The translations under genes and the position numbers were made by a program. Positions 39,058 to 52,501 of a stretch of 64,000 bases of DNA are shown piece after piece (position 1 is the first letter of the stretch; each line of letters opens with the position of its first letter). This DNA is from Catajapyx aquilonaris. Taxonomy: Eukaryota. The stretch lies in assembly GCA_000934665.2 (NCBI GenBank), contig KZ538059.1:62001-126000 (forward strand). The letters run 5' to 3'. The notes under the pieces are model-generated. The model saw only the letters and a list, made by a program, of their open reading frames with translations, ran no database searches and was not told where the DNA came from.

Positions 39058-42000
39058 GTAAGCATGCAGGTGGGCATTTCTTGGGCCATTTGCACCTTTT
39101 TTCAATGCACCTTTTGCACCTATGAACTGGATGGCATCAAGTTTACGCAAAATGATGGAAACCAATCTGCACGTTTGACAAGTTAGTTGGATCTGTGTAT
39201 GTTCGGTGCTGTTGATAACAAGCTCCAAGACAGCCTAGGGCACCTTGTAGACTGCGTGAGACAAATAAGGAAGCTCAACTTTCACTTGTTCTATTTGCAA
39301 ACGCTTCAGGCACGCAACCGCTCCCGTGCAAAGTTTCCACAACATTAGCCAAAATTGCAAAGGGCAAAGTATATTAACCTTTGTTTAGCGGATAATTACT
39401 CAAAGGAGTCTAAATAAGCCGGGAGTTGGGCTTTTTCTTCGACTGGCGTCTAAAACGAACTTTCTAGCTGGGGTAGACGTTTGGATCTGGACGTTTCAAC
39501 AAGTTCTTACATCTCCTAAGGAGTCCTAACCCACCCTCTTCTCCAGTGGCTCCCTATCATTGCCGCCATATGGTGTGTTCCCATGGGAAACTTGCGCTCT
39601 TTTTGCTGCGAAAGACACTTCCACACCAACAAGGGCGGGCTATCATTTTTATTTATATGCTTGTGTCCTGTAAGAGGACAAGCCCACGCTATAAAAATGC
39701 GGGGTGATGTTTGTGCCAAAAGAGCTTTGGAAACATTTTCTGGAGCCTTTATCTTTCACATTGCTATATTCCTCTGATGGTTTGAGCACCGCTTGTGCCT
39801 TCTCCCTCCCGGACTCATTCATAATGCAGAATCAGCGCAGGCTTAGCCAAGTATGAAGGAGAAGTAAACTGGAACGTAAAGGTTAAGCTATTAGACCGCC
39901 AACGTTGCCAGAAGCATGGATTTCATCCCTTCTATTTATAATATTTGGCTGAAATTTTCTTCCCGTACATTACACTGGGTGTCGCGGTTTAGGTCTGCAC
40001 AACCCCAGACTGCTTATGCATTCGTATGAAAATGTCATTTGGATCATTGGCAAAGTCTCCTTGGCGAAACTGTGAAACATCTCCTCCATAAGGCAAAATA
40101 ATTAATTCCCTTCATCTAGCCGGCAACACGGGATGCCGCCCAAGTTGGCTGTTGGAAGTTGCACGAAAGGGAGGAGAAACCGAGGAGGGTAGTTTTCTGT
40201 TTGTATGCATTATGAATGCCTTTCCTGACACGGCAATTTAATGCAATCAAGGCTTCGTGATTGATGAAATGGGTAATCAGAGTCGGAAGTTGTACGAGCC
40301 AGACTAGTTTCTCTCGTGATTTCCAGTGTCTCGCTGAGGCCCCTTTTTGTTGCTAAAAATGGGGGGGGGGGGACTGAAACTAGTAATGATACAAGTCTGG
40401 GTTTTCTTCACTTCTGCGTGCAAAGAGGACAAACAAAATGTAGTAATCATTCCTCCACCGTGTTGACTTACAGGTTCCCTTCTCTGGAGATATTACCTGC
40501 TCCCGGATCTGACCCCCCAAGAGAACGCTCGCTAGCTTCCAATTCCTCTCACAATTACTCCGCTTGTCTTCCTGCCCTTTTGCATCTGGCAGGGATCAGA
40601 GTTCAACCTCGTCTCCTCAGCGATAAATAACCCAGTTGCAAAATTAAACCCACATCGATCTCGGATACGCAAGATGTCCCAATTAACATTTTCTTTGAAG
40701 GAGCTCCCCCCTCCGGACAAACTCTCAAAAGACTAGCTTTCCGGTGTTCCTTTATTTTCATTATTGAGCAAAATCTTGTCAACTCCACTACGCCTGTAGG
40801 ACTGGCAGATGTATACGTCTTGCGAAAAATAGAAGAAGGAAGGGAGGGACAGACATAATAAATGGCTTCTGGAGCTGAAAGGAGGCAGTGCAGGGCCCGC
40901 CATCTTATTTAGGAAAAGCAAGGGCCCACCGAACGAGTATGTCTGACAGGGAGTGACTAGCCATCGAACACCTTGAGGTAATGTGGTGAAAATTTCATAA
41001 GGCCAGAGCCGATTGTTCAGTGGAGGTAGCAGGAGCAAATTACTTTCCGCAACAGGTGAGTTAGAGAGGACTCCTGCGGGGGCTGCCATGTTGAACCAAC
41101 GCTCCGGCAAAATTATCCGGTTGAGTGTGCTGGCCCAACACGCCTATGCACTTGCAGCTCAAGCAGGACAATTGATTTCAAGCTGCATGAACGGCCACAC
41201 GCTTGACCACAAGCTTCCCTGTGTTGTCCACTGGGGTATTTTTTCGGGGGGTAGGGAGGGGGGGGGGGCTCCGGGGGTGCAACATTCAAACATGTCTGCT
41301 AGAGTTGTTATGCCACACTGGGGGCATTCACTCGTGCTGTTTGAACCAGAGGTGGAGTCTTGTTGCGGCTTAATCCACCTTATGGGATCAAAAGAGGCCA
41401 TTGGGTCTGCTTCCTGATCAATGAGCAGTTTAAGACGGTCTCTGCCTTTAAGACGGCGATAATTGTGCGCTCGTGAGGATTACGGCTTCCTTTTGGCATT
41501 AGCCTTTGAGTATGATTAGTTCCTATAGCAGGCTGTTAGTAGGTCATGCCTGAGAGCAGAGAACCGCTCCACCGTGTATCGAGTAGTGTGGCTGTTCAAA
41601 TGCTCTCCAGATTTTATTGCGTACGAGAGGCCTCACACTCCGTTGGTACCTAACTCTTTATCGCCGAAACCCATTTTTTTGGCCTTTATTCCTCCCACCG
41701 TGAACAAAATTGCGAGTGGGACGCTCGAGATTGAATAAATGCATCCGTTTGATATAAATCCATGGAAATCTAATTATGCTGCAATCAACAGCACTTTGCA
41801 CGCTGTTGATAATCACGAGCATCGATGAAATGATGGTAAACTATTTTGGGCCTCGGAGGAAAACCATTTTGTGGTCGCAGGGACAACATTAACCTGCGTT
41901 CGCTTCCCCGCCCAGCCCGTCTGGCAGGCCACAATGACGTACTCTATTTTCATGGAACTACGTAAGTCATAGACCACCATCTACTGTAGGTCTATATTCC

Positions 42001-44528
42001 AAATCCCGGGTGATACACAAAAACATGTTAGATATATGGCATTTCTTGCGCAAGTGAGTGAACCACTAGTAACAGTTGGCACAGGGTTACATGATGGACT
42101 TAAAGCGTTTCTCTCAGGGGAGACGATGGTCAGTGTTCCGAGAGAGAAGGGTTTTAAAACATCCAAGTCCAGCCCTAAAGCTGGCGTACTTATTAGTCCA
42201 GACTGACATAGTACTTGGAAACGTAGAGCAGCGATTCAATCTGGAACAATTCCTGATTATCTGGCTTAGATTCTTCTTCCTTGACAGCTTCAGCCAGCAT
42301 TCGAGGAGGAGGATTCGAGCCTCCTTTCCTTGTCTTCTTCCTGCTCCTCTGGACCTGGCGACTGGCCGACTGGGCGCCATCTTTGACCAGATAACACTGG
42401 AGGCCTTCTTCAGCAACTGCCTCCAATCTGACAACAAGGCAACAGTAATCTGGCCGAAATCCGCGCCATCTCTCGCCGCCACGAGCAGACATTGCTGTGA
42501 GGAGACATTGCGGTCGCGTGCAAAGTGATTATGTGCTGTGCTAAGTTTTTAAGTGTGTACGTGTATGGGAATCGCTATGTCACCGTTCCAAAATAAGTGA
42601 CGCGTCAAAAAAATATAAAAAAAAGTGTCGAGCTGCTTGCGGTATCCGAGGTGTTACTAGCTTTAAGTCGAGGCCAAAGAATGGAGAGAGCCCAAAACTG
42701 GGTCATAGTGTGGAGTGTCCTGAAGCGGAGGACGGCGGCAACGGACTGCAAACATCTGTGCACCGTCAAGATTGAAAGGTTCATGCGGATGTTATTGGCG
42801 ACCTGTCAAAACCCTAAGAAAATAACAGATATGGGGATATGGCGGGCGCTATATTTTCGTATTTGTCTTCTTGCCGCCGGAAATGTGTAGAACTGGGCTC
42901 GAATTTCTGAACTACCAAAGGCCAAGGCTGTGCATCCTCGTCAGTGGCCTGGCTTTTAAAAAAAAGGTCAATGGAAAAACTACTAGTCATTACTGTAGTC
43001 ACTGTGGCTCTATCGAGTGAAATCTCTTTCCAGGACGACGAACATTGCCCACAGTCTGAACTCTCGACGTGGTGTTCTGGTAACAAATTAGTTTGTGCCC
43101 ACAATAGTAAACACAGTCTGCATTGGTCATGTATCCCTTTCACGTCTACCTGTTTTGTATACTAAAACCCACATGTTAAAATTGTATGACAAAGTTTACC
43201 ATGTATGCGACGCTAAAATGCTCACGTATGTAGTTACAACCTTAACGGACGCATATGTGATATCCGTCAGATAGGAAGAGCCCTTACTCAGACACAAACA
43301 CCACAACTGCCCTGTTGCCAACAAATAAAACGATCCTTTTGAACCTTCCTTCTATGATGCCCTAATCCCACAAACCACATGTGAGCATCAAGAGCAGATC
43401 CTGAGGTTCACTGTTCACCACATCACCCACCCCCATCACCGCTCTTCCCACGAACGGATATCAAACATGTATCCTTCCATGTAGGGTAAACTCGGATTAT
43501 GTTCCCTTCTCCTAGACATAAACCGCATTCCTTTGCTCTATATTCATAAACATGTTTCCATAATATCGTACTATTAATGGCAGGCATACTGAACCAAGAA
43601 GTTGATAATTATGCGCTCGCAATCCGGGGGCAAATGTAGCCACATATGACAATGCTACGCATACCTGGAGTTTCTAGATTCAACATTCCTGCCATGTAGT
43701 ATGCGCTGTACAATGCAGTCCTTCAAATAAAACCCAAGTCGGGGCCCTCTACCTTGGACATTGTGTACTTTCATAATATCTGACCCCGCTGCTTGATGAT
43801 GGAAGCCAGAACCTGGCTCTGCCGTTTCTCGTGTCCAAATCACATAATGCGCCCAGTGAGGATAATGCGAAGGTAGAAGCCATGGTCAAGTTGGTCAGTG
43901 ACCGGCTGATGCTACCGCAGGTACAAGAGGGTCTCTTTGGCTAGCCGGCAGAGCATGAAGCTCGCATCTCCCGCTCCCGTCCGCTCCGATTCGTTAACGG
44001 TACACTGCATGGGTACCTCTCGCTTGTCTACAACCTTCGGACCCTTTCTCAGGAGTGCCACGTAAATTACACGAGCGCAGACGGATTTTTTGTTTTTATT
44101 TTGCTGGTATTTGTGAAGTACTATGTGTAGCTTGAATTACCGGCGGGATCAAGACGATGAAACGCTCACAGCCAGGTTGCGCCGTAAACGCGCCGTATCT
44201 AATTGGCGTGAGCAATCCATCATCTTGATCCACCCAGCAATTCAAATCTTACGGCTAGGCATAAAAATAAATATTTTCTTGTTTAATTTGAGGTTTATGC
44301 ACACGATGTTCGTTCCTCTCATTCCACAATGGAACGTGTAAAATGCTCCTGTAATATACTTTTAGCGGTTTGCTTGCCAATGCATATACTGCACATTCTT
44401 TCATTTCCATTCATTATACCAACAAATGCATGAATTACACCAACACCTCATGCTACAGCAAACGCTTTCTGGTACAGTATAGTATGCATTAACGCCGACG
44501 GCAACATGCTGAGCCCGTATATAGTATA

Positions 44529-44637
44529 TAGTAAAACCTGTCTATAGAGCCAGTTCTTCAAAAAATTTCACTACTGAATATTCTACCAAACAAAAGTTTC
44601 CCTTACATCCATGGTCCGTTATAAACAGGTTTTACTG
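44529..44637. mobile_element. pogo/Tigger-like MITE (109 bp)
   Basis: TA|tagtaaaacctgtctata ... tataaacaggttttactg|TA, i.e. an inferred CAGTAAAACC TIR with TA flanks and two mismatches. Confidence 0.72.
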
Positions 44638-47600
44638 TAATACCGAGTTATAACACTTCTACTCTAGCTCACGTATCTCGGAATCGTCTCAAGACTCGTG
44701 TAAATGCATGCGAAGATTTCCTCCACACTCCTGTTCCAATCAGAATCAAACGGAGAAAATGGGATATGCGAGCCAGAGGTCAGAAAAGAGGCCGCACTAG
44801 TCTAAAATGACTAATTTAACAGCACTGGATATACTTGTGCTTGTGGGCCTGAGGCTCAGCAGCGAGGCGCGGGGAATTCCCGATGGGATTTTAGGCGCGG
44901 CCAAGGCGTGACTTTGACTGCAAACGAAGGGCTTTGGGTGCATCTTTCATGGCGTAGCGCCCCAGAAACTGGTGGATAGTTTCGATTGGATTTGACCAAA
45001 AAAAGGGATGAGGAGTGGGGGAGGGGGTGGGATAGAAAAAATAGGGCAAAAACTGGTTTGGACTAAAACAGAAATCGTCAACTTGCACACACTTGGTCAG
45101 TGCGCATTAGGGGAAATTGGTGTGAGTCATGTTTTTTGGCTATTGGAGGGCCAGAAATGTGGATGTTACTGTTAAGGAGATGTTTCATTCAGCTCATCTT
45201 ATGTAAGTAACCAGTAATAGTTTTATTGATGATGTTGACCCCCCCCCCCCAATCAGTGTATTTTAATAGGCAATGTTATGCTGACTTCTGTAGTGAGTAC
45301 CCTTTCAAATAACTTGATTTGTCCTGAAATATGATGACGTAATCGCTAGGTTGACAAATGGCGTACTTGATTGGAGAAGTTTGGGCTGTTGAATAAGTGA
45401 AAGAAAGTGAATAACACAGGTGAGAGGAGTGTTCCGGACCCCCCTCTTTTTTTTGGAGGTGGCAACGTTGCCTTCTTCCATTCCAATTCGCCTGGAAAAA
45501 TGGGTCCATTGCATTTTCATTCATGAACGGCGAAGAATGCGGTGGTGATTCACCCCTCGCAGCCCCGACTCCCGGATCCGGTCCGGAAAAACCATTTGTC
45601 TTCCTTAACTACTGACGCTGGGATAATGAACCGAGACTCCCCTCACCATTTCACCCCTCTAACTTATACAGTCCCACTCGCCTTAATGCCTTCTTTTATC
45701 TAAAACGTTCGCATCACAATCTGTAATGATAACTCCTATTGGCTGCACTAGTTCAAGCGAGGTTGCTTCAAAAAGATACTAGCTCCCGTATCATTTCATA
45801 TTCGGATCTGCACGTGGCTTTCATATAATTAATCATGGTCAAGTGAACCTATTAGTATCTACGCAGTGTAGGTCTATTAGTATGCTGTCATACCAATGAC
45901 ATGAAGATACTGCACAAAAAGCGGCTGATAACAACAGCTTTTCCAGTCTGCTATATTTGACGTGTCATGGAAATATACAGAGCACTTCAGGGGGGATCTC
46001 TCCAAACAGTTATGGCGAATAAAAATGCAGAAATGCTACTTGTTTCCTGCTGTTTGCACTGTTGTAGATATTAATATTTTATAAGCTACAGATGCATTAA
46101 AACGTCAAAATTATATGCAAGCAACATGAATTGAAGTCTGGCCGATTATAAAATAAAAAATATATTCGCTTGAAAGGTGCATCAAAATTTAACGCGCCAT
46201 AATGGCGTGGTATCGCTCTAACATTTTCATCATAAAGCGGGGTGTCAAGCGGCCAATCTTTTTTTAAAACGTCTAAGCATTTTTTTCTCCAGCCCAATGG
46301 CTTCGTTATGGATGTAATCAGTATGGCTACTTTCCAATCATGGAGAAATTATTACCGCGGTCATTTGACTGATTTTATGTGCAACCTGGCTTTACTCCCT
46401 GTCAGCTGCTAATAAAGTTGTCGGCCAGTTGCTGGAAAATTAAATTCCAAGCGAAGATATAGAGGTAACGATGTTACTCCCACCTTATTTTCGAGAGAAA
46501 ACCAGCGCCACCTCTCTCTTTTTTCTAGCAATTAATCAGACGAAGTCACGTGAATGATCCCTGACACAACCTACTAGATCAGTTGACCTACAAATGGCTC
46601 ATCCACCACGCACATAGAAAATCAATGAAACCTGAAATTTTTACTGTTTAAATTGGCCAAAACTAGCTCGGTACATGCTGGAGACATCAGGTTATGGTAC
46701 CCTAGTTACAATTCTAGTGCAGAACATACGAATATTGCAGTCGTAATAAAATTTCTACTCCACCTACCCTTTGGGACAAGACGTTCGAGCCCCGTTCCTG
46801 ACCTGGGCTTGAAGTTAACATTTCATATGGCTCCGTGTGTTCCCCTCCGAATTTTCTGGAAACAAATAGCATATCTGTGGAATTATTTACGCCGCAGGAC
46901 GACTGTGGCGAGGTTGTAACGTGAACTTTAGTCATTAAATTTGGAAATCATCCTTTCTACTGCTGGATTAACGTTTTTAAAATACTTCAAGGAATATGGT
47001 GTATATCAATGCCTGAAAAGTGTGGTGCAAATTAGTGAGCTTTTTCAGGTTAACTAGTTGCAGTTTTTATTTTTTGATCCGTTGCCGCAAATTGAGGAAA
47101 TTGCCAAATGGCAAGCGGGATGCACTTTTATACGCAGCACACAGGTACTCTTTCGCGGTGAATTAATTAGCGGTTCCATTAAAACTGCACCTGTTCTTGC
47201 ACTATTTACGTTCGAGAAGAGGGCATTTGTGTTACCACCTTATTTACAGTGGATTTATTTATTGCGCGCTGGTGGCAGGCTTTTCATTAAACCTGTATTA
47301 GAGATATATGTCACGGAAAGAGGAGCTATTAGCCTATCAAAAAGGAAGTTTGGTGGATATTGAGTAAAAAGTAGCCATTAGCATCATATTTGGTTTCAAG
47401 TTGTTGTATTATAGATATCCTATAGCATGCACCTATACCATATACTCAGCATATCTGAAAAATACCGCGAAAATATAGATTTTACCTAAATTAATTCTGA
47501 ATTGAAAATCCGACAGATTTCCATTCCCTTGAAAGAAGTCAGCATCCTGCCATCTCTTTTACTAAATGCATTTCTTCTATTCCTAAGGCCAAAAATACAG

Positions 47601-50600
47601 AATGCATTTTCCACCCCTCTCGACAAAATTGCACCAAGTCGGTCCTGTAAATTCACCTGTTATGAGAAAACAAAGCGGAGAAGTTTGGTCCCGAGTCGAC
47701 TTGATCGCAATGCCACACGCCGCCTATCCCACCTTATTTAAATATTTATTATTATTTGGGGAATTCTGGCCCATCTTGCCAACGCTTCCCGCGCTATTTA
47801 TAACCGGCCCGCTAGGAAAACAATAATTCCCAGCTAGAAGTCAAAAGCAGCTTCTCCATGAAAAATTCAAGGCGCTAATTTGCCAGTCCGGAGCTTCCTC
47901 TATGATAATCAGCTACAAGTCTAAAAGGGATTTCTTGTCGGCAGAGCGGAAAGGGAAAGACTCTTTTCCACAAGCAAGGCCCCCGCTGCAGTTTTCCCTC
48001 CCACCCTATCCTAGAAAAAAAAAGAAAAGTTAAAAAAAAATTGTTTGAAAACCCTGTGCCAGCAGAACCGATTATGAATACGCAGTCCAAAGTTGGGAGA
48101 AAACTTTCCGCTCCCAAAATTTTTGCCTAATTGACGGGACAATCGGAGGGGAAGAAGTAGTTACGTACGTACATGCTTTGTAAACTTTGGTGTTTCCAAG
48201 TTGGGTATCAACATGTATCCCCCCCCCATCGAACTTTTTTCTAGAACATGGGGCATCTATAAAGAAAGGGTGATTGGGTTTGAAAATCGCTCGATTTATT
48301 TTTCCGGGCATGTGTGCTTCTGACTTGGTTTTTCCAGGGTCTAGAACATGGGAGCGTTATGTGAAAAGCATGGATTCGATATGGTGTGTGCCTGACGTAA
48401 GCATAAAATGTAGGTAATTTCTGACACCTTGATCTGGACCAAACATGGCGGCTTGCCATATGATATGACTGATCCTGAAAAATCATGTTGCCTGAGTACA
48501 TAACTCCACCAAGTGCAGATCCGAAGAAGCAAGTCAAAATCCGGCATAATCAAGCGATAGTAAACATCCAAACCTTGTTGCGTTTCTTTATATGCGAACT
48601 GTATATTCAGTGCCGCCATCATTAATTAATCGACAAATTTCGAACATCGCTCTGTGAATTATGCCGAAAGGGTAACTAACTAATCATCTGCTTTATTACA
48701 GTAACCATTAAACATGGTGCAGTATTAATATTGAAATAATTTTAAACTGCTTTGTGAGGGGTCATTTGCAGGCTGTGTTTAAAACTGACAAGTGACTTTA
48801 AATGAAGAGGCGCATACTGTGACATACTATAGCGATTCATAACATGTGATGTGATGTATCCAATGAGGCGTAAATTATACGCAAATGTGAATAAGTGAAT
48901 GGAACACACCTCGGAAGACTTACGCGTATCATACCGTAATTCTGGTCTAGTCAAGCACGCGAGAGACGACTGGACTCTTCTAACCTCCCAAACGTTTGAA
49001 ACATATATCGTTGATATCGAAAGCAACTATCGTGAGTGAGTTTTTTGATTTTTGCCCCGGAGAGCCAAAAAGATCAAGTCAAGCGTACATTAGATGTCAG
49101 TTTGCTTCTGCCGCAGCTTTCCTATTTGTCATAGAGTTAAGATTCTTGTACCACTCGACGCAGCTCGATTGAGCCTAGTTACGTGGTGGATTTAACTCAA
49201 CTTTTAACAGAAATTTCACTTACGATAGTTGTTTGAGATGGCGACGATGTACTTATATACTGTATAAAAAAATATGAGCTGGTACTGTTGGAAGTGTTTT
49301 CGAGTACTGTTTGTTGTACCCTTCATGCAAGGTGTGCAGAGACTTGAACCCTGCACATCCTCTTAGTCCATCTGCCTAGAAATAGAAGTTCTGATTTATT
49401 TCATTTCCCCCGGTGTTCTAAGATACTTGTCTGTATTATGAGCTTCATAATATGTTAAACCAAAAAAAGACAACTTTTGTAAATATATATAAATAAAATA
49501 AGGTCACTGGAACAATTAGAGCTGTTTGACTGCCTAGAAAAAGAAACGTATTGTTATTATAAGAGGTGAATGACCGATCAATATTTTGAGCATCGCAGCT
49601 GTACTTGACGAGGTTGAATCCAGCATTTCAAAGTCAGAATTTTCTGGCTTATGGAACGCCTCCTGGCGAGAGAGGCACATATACTGTACAGGAACTTGAA
49701 AAATTCAGCTGTGAATTTAATACTGCAGGAAAATTCTGATTAAAAGCTGGGGCCGCCTTTTATGGCATTTCATCCCAACAGATGCGGCAACAGCATGCAT
49801 GGCACAGCTGGTAATACTTGCAACAAGAGCGCATATGTGCAATGTTAAACTGGTGTTATAAGTTTGTTGTACTATAAGAGGATAGCTTTAAAAAAAATCT
49901 ATTGTTTTGAGCAAAGTAAAATTTAGTTTCGCAGTTTGCAAGCCTTTCTGTCCGCCATTGTTAGTTGTGAAAGTCAGGAGCTATTGCGAGTTGAAAAGTT
50001 GGATAAGAATGGTTATGGCCGCATCGCATAGAGATGCTTTTAAAAAGGCTTGCCAGAGCTCTCTCCTTAACAAGGTAAGTGAATAGCGTGTTTTCTTCAT
50101 GCAAAATAGGCACACTGGCATCAAGACATTGTACGCATTTCGTCTTATTAGCAAGAAAACTTTGAGAGTAGAGGTGAGAGTCACTAAAAAGAGCTCCATG
50201 ACTTGAAGTGTGACCATGAAGCTAAAAGCTAAGTCGAATTCACAGCCGCTCTTAAGACGCCAATGACGACATGATGTTTCAAAAAAAAGGGCCTCATATT
50301 TTACTAACCACTCTACACCTTGCATAACTGATTGACCTATCAAAAAAGTTGACTCGGAATGTCCTCAGCAATACACGACAATAAAATTTTATGGAAGTGG
50401 GGACTCCTTTATGATCCTTGTCTCTCACGCATTTATCAACCTAGCATTTTTGCTTGTAACCCCTGCCGATGATGATAATGCTGCTAACTTTTACTGTCGT
50501 TGGCCTGCTTCTGAATGCTAGCCTAGTGTCGAGGTGGCAAAAACTTCTCGTCCCGAATATTAAGCACTCTTGTGGGGTGAGAGCAGCAGCCATTTCTAAC

Positions 50601-51401
50601 CTCCTTTTTTGTACTCTTCTTTTTCCCAGGTCTCATGTTGGGCTCTTTGAACTCGTAGGTGTGTCCCACCAGGGCCCTTCATCATGTCGACATTACTAAG
50701 TCATCGCCAGGGCTGCCTCTGTGTGACAAAGAATTAATGCACGTCGCTTCCAAATATATTTCACAGACTATTTTCTTTGCTACTCTAGAGGCGGTACTGG
50801 AATGTTAAAGAGGTAAACCTATCCCTGGTGACAGTTTGAAGGACGGCATTTAATAGTTCATCGGATCTATAACTATCTAGTGGCCTCGAAATCCGTAATG
50901 GGGGTGTGGAGACCACAAAAAGAGGGCCAGAAAAAAGGCCTGCCTCATCTATACGGGCTTTTTCCCCCTCCCAGTAATTAAATGAAAGAATAGAAGCAGG
51001 GGCCAGGCTAATGCGGGCCTGCTAATGAAGAGTTACAAGGGTTGACAGGACGAGGGAACAGTGCCCGGGTTTTTTGGGGAAAAAGAGGCAGACAAGCCCT
51101 TCTTGCCTTCTGGCGCCTTCTCTACTTTCACTGTCAAGGAGCCTAATCGGCCCGTGGATGGGATTAGTGTTCCGCCAACCTACTATGATCGCCCATTTGT
51201 TCTTTGCTTTTTGCTTCTTCCTATACTTTTTCTTCTCCTCAAAGTGCTGGCCAGACGAAATCGACTGCGGTTTTCAAAGTCAGATGTTAGGTATGCGACC
51301 TGACTGACTGAGTAACTTTCAACATTTTTATGTGAATCAATATTGAGAACTACCAGAATCTGCTGATCACTGTTATATTAATACTGTATAATCGGTATAG
51401 G

Positions 51402-51645
51402 CCATCCAAGCTCATAAGGCAGTGCTGATTTGCCATATCTCAACCCATGCGCAATAGCTTAGGACGATAAGGCTCTCGCGAAGACATGGAGTTGTCATGC
51501 ACATGATTTCCGAGGTATCTTGTGCCAAATCAAGGCATGACAACTCTGAGCCTTGACGAGGGGCTTATCGTCCAAGTTATCGTGTTTAGGGTTGAGGTTG
51601 TGGATGGCATTAAGATAAGGCAGTGGGCCTTTTAAGCTTGATTGG
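51402..51645. mobile_element. Degenerate fold-back element (MITE-like long hairpin)
   Basis: Arms at about 51440-51509 and 51527-51595 are imperfect reverse complements (tcaaccc..ggacgataag..gagttgtcatgc..tgattt / aaatca..gcatgacaactc..cttatcgtcc..gggttga). Outer IR ccatccaagc..aaggc / gcctt..agcttgattgg. Confidence 0.7.
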
Positions 51646-52386
51646 ACGACATATGTTTGTTATTCAGGACACGGTATTTAATTTACAGAGAGCCTATAAA
51701 AAGGATTTTGGATGCAAAATATATTTTTCAGAATGTGTCTGAGTAGTAGGTATAGTACTTTGTATAGTACTGGTATTTTGAAAATTATTTTGAATTATGA
51801 CACTTGGATTGTATAGACAAAATTGGCACGATCACATGCTACATTCTACGTCAGTGTGTCGGCACACTAGCACTTCCTGTTAGTTGAAATCTGGCCTATA
51901 TAGTTCGCAAGTAATTAAAGGATGAGGAAGCTGTGCATTTAGTCTAACAAAAGTTACTTTTCAAAATGGGTATCGAAGCGCATATTTTCACTGTCCTCAA
52001 GCCACGTCAGTGTTTAAATTTCTTACAGTAACTTTTCTAAAATGTAAACAGTTTATGTCAGCTGTTCCAGTACCGTATCCTCTGTAAATAATCAAAAAGT
52101 GAAAGTACGCGTAGGTTTATTAAGAAAGCTAACAGCCGGATATTTTTGTTTTCAGTTAGTTAACATGCTACCAGCGAGCCCGTCTACAAAAAAATATATC
52201 ACAACCTTTCATTACGTTCTGCCTGAATAATGCATTTTTGCATGACTCGAACCACGATGAAATGTAATCTAGGCAGTATAGTATTTGTATTGTAGCCCTG
52301 ACTTGTTTTATTTTTTTAATTTTAATTAACACGAAAGCATCGTGTTAAAAGTCACACATAAAATGACATTATGTCTAATGACCAAC

Positions 52387-52501
52387 CAAGGGGTTAACCA
52401 CTCGACTGTAAAGTGTACACTGGAGTACCAAATTCAAGGAGTACCTGGGAGTACCAATCCCGGCAGGTGTACGCCGGAGTACCGAAGTAGTTACCCCCTT
52501 G
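52387..52501. mobile_element. hAT-type MITE, copy 2 of the same family (internally shorter, TSD decayed)
   Basis: Shares cactcgactg.aaagtgtacactggagtaccaaattcaaggag with 17790-17938 and has the same caagggg..ttacccccttg termini. Confidence 0.85.

Noticed and set aside
40474..40630. Possible Beat terminal exons (GSLLWRYYLL...* and GIRVQPRLLSDK*)
   Set aside because: The acceptors are modest and neither product has a hydrophobic or GPI-signal-like tail or recognisable Beat similarity.
43655..43843. Minus-strand peptide QRILHGRNVESRNSR resembling an RTE-type LINE C-terminus
   Set aside because: Only a few residues are similar and no adjacent RT motifs are present.
43921..44135. Hydrophobic tail (..TSADGFFVFILLVFVKYYV*) as the Beat C-terminus
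   Set aside because: It is in the wrong phase for direct joining to exon D, and the hydrophobicity comes from a T-rich tract.
50469..50699. ORF with a hydrophobic N-terminus (MMIMLLTFTVVGLLL)
   Set aside because: There is an in-frame stop just upstream, no suitable acceptor or phase-1 donor, and no recognisable domain.
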